A stretch of DNA of 64,000 nt. Source: an uncultured Christensenella sp. (GTDB lineage: Bacteria; Bacillota; Clostridia; Christensenellales; UBA1242). Each line of letters opens with the position of its first letter. The stretch's first letter is position 1. Below the pieces are notes generated by a model. The model was not told the DNA's origin. It worked only from the letters and a program-made list of their open reading frames with translations, and made no database searches. Both the position numbers and the translations under genes were made by a program. Shown piece after piece: positions 57,686-64,000 of this stretch. Location of the stretch: positions 18,975 through 82,974 of the forward strand of contig CAZOFH010000003.1 in the NCBI GenBank assembly GCA_964579205.1. Direction: 5' to 3'.

Positions 57686-58878
57686 TAAAAGAAGATTTGA
57701 CACAAGAGCAAATTACATCGAATTTTGCTGATGCTGGTTACGATGTATGGGAAGAGGTGGAGAGCGAAAATTCTACTCCCGACAGCCAGCCAGCACCACA
57801 GAATGTCAAAAAAAAGAAAACGCTAGAAGAAAAACTTTATTCTGATGACCATATCGATACCGTGATTCAAAAATGTCCGAATTGCGGCGGCGAGACGGTT
57901 TTTGATGTAAAATCGCAAAAGACCAAGTGCCTCTATTGCGGCGGCTGCTTTGATATTAATATTGAGCAGCAGGTGTCTGAGCAGGATATTGAGAGTTTGT
58001 TGACGCAGGCGACCGTGTGGAAGGATGCGGATGTTTATCGCTGCCAGACTTGTGGAGCAAAACAGATAATTAGCAAGCAGGATGTCGCAATGGAATGTTC
58101 GTTCTGCGGCACGACACATATTGTCAAGACGGAAGAATTGCCGGGACTCAAGCCACAAGGCGTCGTTCCATTCAAAATGCCAGTGGAAAAAGTCTCAGAC
58201 TGTGCGTTAAAATGGGTGAAAAAACGATTTTTTGCCCCACTTGCGTTCAAAAAAAGTGCTATTCCTGAGAATATTCACGGCGTTTATAACCCTGTATTTA
58301 CTTTTGATAGCGAAACTGTGTCGACTTACCGCGGGCGCTTGGGGCGTCGAGTGAATGTGGGCAAAGATTCTTATATTCATTATTTTAACATTGAGGGTGA
58401 TATCGAGGTGAAATTTGATGACTTGCTCGTGCAAGCGTCCTCTTCCATCACGACAACCACGTTGAATAAAATTTCGCCCTTTAGTACGAATGACGCGCCT
58501 GTCTATACTGACAAGTATTTGCGTGGGTTCAAGGCGACCACATACAACAAGGACGGTAAGGCGTGTTGGGCTGAGGGTAAAGATTTGATGAGTGCTCAGA
58601 TTGAGCAGAAAATTTTGAGCAAGTACGATTATGATATAAAACAGCACCTCAAGGTCAAGACTGCTTTTCTCAAGCAGCGGTACAAGTATATTTTGGTGCC
58701 TGTCTATGTCGGTCACCACACTTACAAAGGTAAACTCTACAATTTTTATGTAAACGGCGAAAACGGTAAGGTAACAGGCAAGACGCCAGTCAGCCCGTTT
58801 AAGGTTGCGCTGGTCGTGATTTTGTCGATTTTGTTTGTCGTGGGTATCTGTTTGTTGTCGATGAATCTTGATTTGTGA
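57682..58878 (+). CDS. Zinc-ribbon membrane protein usually paired with SPFH genes
   Basis: CPNCGG, CLYCG, CQTCGA and CSFCG; ILVPVY...VNGENGKVTG; C-terminal TM segment; ATGA overlap. Confidence 0.8.
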   Translation: MIKEDLTQEQITSNFADAGYDVWEEVESENSTPDSQPAPQNVKKKKTLEEKLYSDDHIDTVIQKCPNCGGETVFDVKSQKTKCLYCGGCFDINIEQQVSEQDIESLLTQATVWKDADVYRCQTCGAKQIISKQDVAMECSFCGTTHIVKTEELPGLKPQGVVPFKMPVEKVSDCALKWVKKRFFAPLAFKKSAIPENIHGVYNPVFTFDSETVSTYRGRLGRRVNVGKDSYIHYFNIEGDIEVKFDDLLVQASSSITTTTLNKISPFSTNDAPVYTDKYLRGFKATTYNKDGKACWAEGKDLMSAQIEQKILSKYDYDIKQHLKVKTAFLKQRYKYILVPVYVGHHTYKGKLYNFYVNGENGKVTGKTPVSPFKVALVVILSILFVVGICLLSMNLDL

Positions 58879-58996
58879 GCAGTTTTGATGAGATTTTGAG
58901 TAAAAATTATCAAAAATTAATAAATTGAGTCAAATTATTTGTAAATACAAAGCAAAACCTGTATAATTATAAAAAATAAAAAAGGAAATTGATTAT

Positions 58997-59416
58997 ATGA
59001 GTTGGAGTGAAATTGCGCTGATTGTAGTCGGCGCGGTGCTGGTCATCGTGGTTTTGGCTTGGATAATTAGTGCGGTTGTGCGCCACCGCAAAAAAGATGG
59101 CGAAGTCGTGGACGGTATTTATGTGCGCAAGAATGTGCGCTATACCAAGCACGACGAAATTACCCAAAAAGATGGTTCGGTCAGAGTTAGTTTTAGAGAA
59201 GGGGATGTTATGCTTGATTGTGGGCAAACTTATCTCGTAGCAAAAGAAAGCAAACTCTTGCCGGGCAAGTATACTGTGCTGGTGGCTAACGAGAATATGC
59301 CTGAGGTAAAAATTCGTCTCGGAGGGCTGACTCGCGCGTATGCACACAATAGCGATATCGTGTTGGCGGAGGGCGACAAAATTTGCGCCGTTTCTGCGAC
59401 AGTGATTTTGAGATAA
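58997..59416 (+). CDS. Hypothetical protein with an N-terminal TM anchor
   Basis: Hydrophobic first ~30 aa followed by a soluble beta-rich domain. Confidence 0.65.
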   Translation: MSWSEIALIVVGAVLVIVVLAWIISAVVRHRKKDGEVVDGIYVRKNVRYTKHDEITQKDGSVRVSFREGDVMLDCGQTYLVAKESKLLPGKYTVLVANENMPEVKIRLGGLTRAYAHNSDIVLAEGDKICAVSATVILR

Positions 59417-59428
59417 TCGGGAGGGAAT

Positions 59429-59869
59429 ATGAATAAAAAATTTTTGACGAGGTCGCTGGCGGCGCTTGCGCTGGTTGCGGCTGCAGTTCTGTACCTGTTG
59501 AGCGTGATAAATCCTGAAATTTTTGGATTTTTCAATCTTGCGTGGGCAGGGCTCATTGTGTCTGGCGCGTGGGGCTTAATATTGTTGTTGGAAGGTGTGT
59601 TTGAGCGGAATACTAGTGTAGTCAAAAAATTCAAAATTATTGGCGGCTCAATCCTGCTCGTTTGCGCAGTGATTTGTGCAGTGTTCGCTTGCTTGCTACC
59701 ACAAAACTTGGTTGTTCCAATTATCGTTCTCGTAGCTGCAGTTGCAATTTTCTTGGGGATTATCGCGACCGGTGGTAAGAAATGGGATGAGGGGGATAAC
59801 CAAAAAGTTGGTTACGAAAACTATCACCAACGCAAAGAAAGAGAAGAAAAAGAAAATCAAGATAAATAA
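59429..59869 (+). CDS. Four-TM membrane protein
   Basis: Four hydrophobic segments and a charged tail; GGGAGG RBS. Confidence 0.7.
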   Translation: MNKKFLTRSLAALALVAAAVLYLLSVINPEIFGFFNLAWAGLIVSGAWGLILLLEGVFERNTSVVKKFKIIGGSILLVCAVICAVFACLLPQNLVVPIIVLVAAVAIFLGIIATGGKKWDEGDNQKVGYENYHQRKEREEKENQDK

Positions 59870-59871
59870 AC

Positions 59872-59916
59872 AAAAACAGTGCTGTTTCATAATCGAGTGA
59901 AACAACACTGTTTTTT
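59872..59916. terminator. Bidirectional terminator
   Basis: aaaacagtg-ctgtttca...tgaaacaa-cactgtttt between convergent genes. Confidence 0.75.
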
Positions 59917-59921
59917 ATTTA

Positions 59922-60383
59922 TTATCGTGACATTGTAGGGAAATCTTTGTCAGATGATTTTTCAGCAAAATCATCTGCGCGCTGAATGCTGCGCGGCGCA
60001 AGAATAGTGTCTTCTGGACAAACACCCACATATTCGCCGCTACAAACTTTCACAATCCTAGTGGCGTTGTCTGCCTTGAGTTCTCGATAAATAGGGGAGT
60101 CAGTGCCCAATTCTTGTGCTACTGCATTCAAATTATAAGTCTTGCCAATGTAGTATTGGCTGCGGTTGACCACTTCTCCGATGAAGACTGTATCGTCAAT
60201 ATCGCTCTGACGGCTGACTCTATCGAATAGCTCAAACCCAATACAAGTATTCGGGAATATTAAAGTGCTAATGTCGCGACGCTTTATTGCCTTTTCTTGC
60301 GTAACATAATGCCCATAATTGTAGTAAGTATATGAGATAAAGTGAAACAAACGATAATTGTATTCAAACTTTTGCTCAGACAT
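59922..60383 (-). CDS. Hypothetical protein
   Basis: 153-aa ORF with an AGAGAGG-like RBS; no motif recognised. Confidence 0.55.
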   Translation of the reverse strand: MSEQKFEYNYRLFHFISYTYYNYGHYVTQEKAIKRRDISTLIFPNTCIGFELFDRVSRQSDIDDTVFIGEVVNRSQYYIGKTYNLNAVAQELGTDSPIYRELKADNATRIVKVCSGEYVGVCPEDTILAPRSIQRADDFAEKSSDKDFPTMSR

Positions 60384-60466
60384 AATTGACCTCTCTTGGT
60401 TTTTGTTATTTTAACATATGTTTGAGTTTTCGTCAATACTTATTGGCAAATTTGCAAAATTAATTT

Positions 60467-61216
60467 TTAGAATAACATAGCAATCGCATAAAGCAGCACG
60501 ATATGTGCTGGATAGAAAATATAGAAAAAGTATTTTAATCGCAACTTGCCGCGTGCGCCGTTGTAGAATGCTAGCGGGATAAGCGCCAATAATGCGACTA
60601 TCTGATTACCACCCAAAGCAATAGCCAGCGCGAGTAGGGCAATACCCAAAAACATCAAACGGCAGGGCTGACTGTCAAAACGATTTAGTGTGCCTGCATT
60701 GATGCCCTTTAGACTTGGGATGCTAGCAAAAAATGCAACCATAACCCCATAAATACCATAGTCTACTGCCAAAATATTGCAACTAAGTGCGCAAAAAATG
60801 AGAGTTGTTGCAAAAAGTAATAAGTAAAAAATGTTATTGAACCAACTAAATTTTTGCTCAAATATCACTTGTTTGCATTTTTGAAAGGAGTAAATCAGAG
60901 TAATAGAAAGCGCAAAACAAATAAAAATATTTCCAAAATACATCCCAATACAAGCATACTGCACTATCATCATTAGCATTCCGAGTATTGCCATAAACAG
61001 CAAATACTTGGGTTTGTTGCGAGTGTGCTTGCAACCCTCGGCGATAAAGAATGCAAAAATTGGCATCGCCAGTCTGCCGATGGTGCGAAAGAAGGTGACT
61101 TGCGGAAAAAGTATCATCCCAATATGATCAAGAAGCATACATACACAAGCAAATATCTTGAGCGTGTTGCCATTCAAAAATCGGAAATTATGTGACTGAG
61201 CGAAACTAGGCGTCAA
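60467..61216 (-). CDS. TraX-family membrane protein
   Basis: LKIFACVCMLLDHIG...IGRLAMPIFAFFIAEG..HTRN..KY...YNGARG...FYIFYPAH. Confidence 0.85.
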   Translation of the reverse strand: MTPSFAQSHNFRFLNGNTLKIFACVCMLLDHIGMILFPQVTFFRTIGRLAMPIFAFFIAEGCKHTRNKPKYLLFMAILGMLMMIVQYACIGMYFGNIFICFALSITLIYSFQKCKQVIFEQKFSWFNNIFYLLLFATTLIFCALSCNILAVDYGIYGVMVAFFASIPSLKGINAGTLNRFDSQPCRLMFLGIALLALAIALGGNQIVALLALIPLAFYNGARGKLRLKYFFYIFYPAHIVLLYAIAMLF

Positions 61217-61635
61217 TTATCCTCCTCATCCTCAGGGGTGTCAACAGCCTCTTCTAGAGAATCGGTGATGTCCTTGATAACAATTTTTGACGAAAAATAC
61301 CCTGTCTTGAGCATAATTTTGTATGTGGCATTTGGCTTTGCTCGCAAAACAGCTCGCCCAGTTTTCCACGCAACTTTCGTCACGGCGATTTCTGTTGGCT
61401 CGGTAATAGTCAAAAAGAATACATCCCCAAGTTTGACCTCGGTGATGAATTCGCCCGATTTGTGATTGTAAACAGTGAGCGTATTGCCCCCGAGCGGCAA
61501 AACATTTGGAGCCTGCACAACCAATTTGATGCGCGTATCGCGGTCGTAATTTGTCATATCAAATTTGCAATACATACACTCTTGCGACGCGCTCTGAATT
61601 TCCTTGCCGCAACTAGGGCATTTGATAAAAGCCAT
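61213..61635 (-). CDS. Zinc-ribbon domain protein
   Basis: MAFIKCPSCGKEI...ECMYC N-terminus; overlaps the TraX-like start. Confidence 0.75.
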   Translation of the reverse strand: MAFIKCPSCGKEIQSASQECMYCKFDMTNYDRDTRIKLVVQAPNVLPLGGNTLTVYNHKSGEFITEVKLGDVFFLTITEPTEIAVTKVAWKTGRAVLRAKPNATYKIMLKTGYFSSKIVIKDITDSLEEAVDTPEDEEDN

Positions 61636-61832
61636 TTTCTCACCTCAATTTCTTTGTTTTAATTTTACACAAATATGTCGTAAAAGGCAAGCGATTACAT
61701 CTATAATATAAAATTTGAAAAATTCGAATAAAATTCACAAAAAATCAGCAAAATATTATGAAAAAATCAACAAATTCTATTTATTATTTAAATTACTCAA
61801 AAAATCAATATAAAATATTTTCACAAAAGAGA

Positions 61833-62339
61833 CTAATATCTGACTTGTTCAATATCTGTCAACTGCTCAGAGTGCTGCTCAGACTGTTCGCACTCTTGAG
61901 TTTGTGCGTCAAATTGCTCGGCAGGGTAGAGGCGCGCTGCTTCTTCTCGCTCACATTGCAAAAAATACAGTCTGTCGCCCTTGCGCTCCATTGCTTTGTG
62001 AAAGACCTCAATAGACTCGCCTAAGACTCCGCCATTGTATGCCGCCCTATAGATAGAGAGCATAGCGGCAGTGACTGCGCAAGTAATGCTTGCTTTTGCA
62101 CACAGGTCGTTACCAGTCGCCCCAGCTATAGCCAAAAATGCAAACGCCCCGACATAAAAAGGTACTCCAGAGTTGCAAGCCTCTAGTCCTGTTGCCCTGT
62201 GTTTTAAGGCCGTGTAATAACGGTGGTCGACATTGATGCGAAAAGCACCCCTGTCATCCTTTTTCTCATCGGCAATACGAGCAGATGGATGCTCGCGCTC
62301 TTTTTGGTAACATTTTTGGTACAGTTTGTAAAAATACAT
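61833..62339 (-). CDS. Hypothetical membrane-associated protein
   Basis: 168-aa ORF with AAAGGAG RBS and a central hydrophobic hairpin. Confidence 0.55.
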   Translation of the reverse strand: MYFYKLYQKCYQKEREHPSARIADEKKDDRGAFRINVDHRYYTALKHRATGLEACNSGVPFYVGAFAFLAIAGATGNDLCAKASITCAVTAAMLSIYRAAYNGGVLGESIEVFHKAMERKGDRLYFLQCEREEAARLYPAEQFDAQTQECEQSEQHSEQLTDIEQVRY

Positions 62340-62365
62340 AAATTCTCCTTTGTAAATAAGTTATA

Positions 62366-64000
62366 TTATAGTTGATTAACTACATCAATACCCAAAAGGT
62401 AAAGGCAGTTTTTGATAACGATTGCAGTTTTTGCAATCAACCCAAGGCGCGCCTGCTTTAGCGCAAAATCCTCAACATTCAAAATGCTCTCTGCTGAATA
62501 AAATTGACTAAACTTGCTAGTCAGGCTGAATACGTAATTGGTCAGCAAACTAGGGTTTAGATTGCGATATGTAGCGAAAATCGTACTCTCAAAATTGTAC
62601 AACTGCTTTATCAAACTCAGTTCGCTAGCGCTGGTGAGCAACCCAAAATCAGGATTGTCAAAATCGCAATCCGCCTTGTTGAGTACAGATTGAATACGCG
62701 CGTAATTGTATTGAGCGTAAAGGCTACTATCACCAGTAAAGTTGAGTGCATTTTCCCAGTCAAAAAGCACATTCTTTTCGGGGCTACTCTTCAAAATGCT
62801 GTATTTTAGCGCACCGTAGCCGACAACTTTTGCTTTGTCAAGGTCGTTAATCCCGCGTTTTTGCTTGATAATATCATTCGCTTTGTTGGTAATCTCGCGC
62901 ATAAAATCAGCCAAAAGCACGACATTCCCTTGACGTGTACTCATCTTGCCGTCGGGGAGCAATACAAAAGAGTAGTGTACAACCTCGGCAGGCTCAGCCC
63001 CCAAAAGTCGCATCGCCGCACTAATCTGCTGGAAATAAACCTTTTGGTCTTCACCTAGCACCAAAAGATTGCGGTCGGCGCCACTCCGCGCCTTGTCTAG
63101 ACTATAGCAAATATCACGCAAAGCGTACAGACTGGTCTTGTCTTGACGGGTCACGACCAGCATAGGGTTGTCAATGCCGATTTTTTCGCCGTGCTGATCC
63201 AAAACCAGCCTGCCATTCTCGTCTTCAAACAGTTGTGGAGATTTTTTGAGTTCCTCCAAAACCTTGTCTGTGATGTGCTCGTGAATGTAGTGCGATTCAT
63301 AGTCAAAATGGTCCCAACAAATGCCTAATTCGTTAAAAATCGCAGTCTGCCCCTTGATGCAGGTGCCGACAATTCGATTGAACTCAGCAATAACAGTGGC
63401 GTCACCATTCTCAAATTTATTAAGATAAGCAAAAACCTCTTGCTCGATTTGCGGGTCAGTTTTAGCGCGCTCGTTGATATCAATATAGATTTGCAAAAGG
63501 TCGTCAAAAGTCACGTTAGGCTTGTCGTGAGTGGCGTAAACCAGCATCGCAATCTGTTTGCCGACATCATTGACAAAGTAGTGAGTGTCAGTGCGCCACC
63601 CCAAAAACCTAAAAACACGCACCAAACTATCCGCGATGAGTGCATTCCTCGCGCGCCCAATGTGCGGACTGGCGTTAGGGTTGATGCTGGTGTGCTCGAT
63701 GAGTACAGTTTTGTCACGCATCCCCGAAATTTCACTGATTTGCTCTTGGGTAATGTGGAGATTATCCATCATTTGCTTGGCAACAAATTGCGGCGCAAAA
63801 GTGAAATTAAGAAAGCCTCCAACACTCTCAACCTTGACAATATTGTCATCATTCAAACCGTCAGCCAACTGCTCAGCAATCGCCACGGGCGCCTGATGCA
63901 AGACCTTGCTCAACTTGAAACAAGGTAGGGAAACATCCCCGCGCTCAGGTGCTGGCGTCTCCAAAAACTCCAAAATCTGCTCACGCTCCAAGCCATTTTG
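62366..64000 (-). CDS. argS: Arginine--tRNA ligase (5'-truncated by window edge)
   Basis: EHTSINPNASPHIGRARN (HIGH-type), KMSTRQG (KMSKS-type), YAQYNYARI and the DALR-like C-terminus; frame is open to the edge. Confidence 0.95.
   Translation of the reverse strand, partial: QNGLEREQILEFLETPAPERGDVSLPCFKLSKVLHQAPVAIAEQLADGLNDDNIVKVESVGGFLNFTFAPQFVAKQMMDNLHITQEQISEISGMRDKTVLIEHTSINPNASPHIGRARNALIADSLVRVFRFLGWRTDTHYFVNDVGKQIAMLVYATHDKPNVTFDDLLQIYIDINERAKTDPQIEQEVFAYLNKFENGDATVIAEFNRIVGTCIKGQTAIFNELGICWDHFDYESHYIHEHITDKVLEELKKSPQLFEDENGRLVLDQHGEKIGIDNPMLVVTRQDKTSLYALRDICYSLDKARSGADRNLLVLGEDQKVYFQQISAAMRLLGAEPAEVVHYSFVLLPDGKMSTRQGNVVLLADFMREITNKANDIIKQKRGINDLDKAKVVGYGALKYSILKSSPEKNVLFDWENALNFTGDSSLYAQYNYARIQSVLNKADCDFDNPDFGLLTSASELSLIKQLYNFESTIFATYRNLNPSLLTNYVFSLTSKFSQFYSAESILNVEDFALKQARLGLIAKTAIVIKNCLYLLGIDVVNQL

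Noticed and set aside
60467-61216. TraX-family gene as evidence of a conjugative element
   Set aside because: TraX-like membrane proteins are often stand-alone; no relaxase, T4SS or integrase is nearby.

Overview
Chromosomal window from a low-to-mid-GC Bacillota (Clostridia-like) bacterium, spanning a rearranged replication-origin region. It holds rpmH-rnpA-yidD, an inverted mnmG-rsmG-parA-parB-yidC block with three perfect parS sites, three DnaA-box clusters, recF, a displaced dnaN and mnmE, and no dnaA gene. Other housekeeping genes are polA, glnS, argS (5'-truncated), glpK with a divergent three-gene G3P-dehydrogenase-type operon, and yabP-yabQ-divIC. The most striking accessory feature is a diversity-generating retroelement (DGR) with an unusual layout at 41.7-43.9 kb. 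An apparently leaderless DGR-type reverse transcriptase and an Avd-like gene lie on the + strand. They converge on an AAY-rich template repeat on the - strand that has its own near-consensus sigma-A promoter. No target gene or mobility gene is visible in the window, which suggests a stand-alone mutator acting in trans. Two other loci stand out: a two-gene operon of mTERF-like helical-repeat proteins (32.0-33.8 kb; mTERFs are mainly known from eukaryotic organelles), and a secreted nuclease-type toxin flanked by two immunity-like paralogs, with nested direct repeats of 139 bp (perfect) and 45 bp (degenerate). An AT-hook/SDR fusion and several large surface proteins are also present. No rRNA, tRNA, CRISPR array, integrase or transposase was recognised. 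All calls come from motif recognition by eye; no database searches were run.
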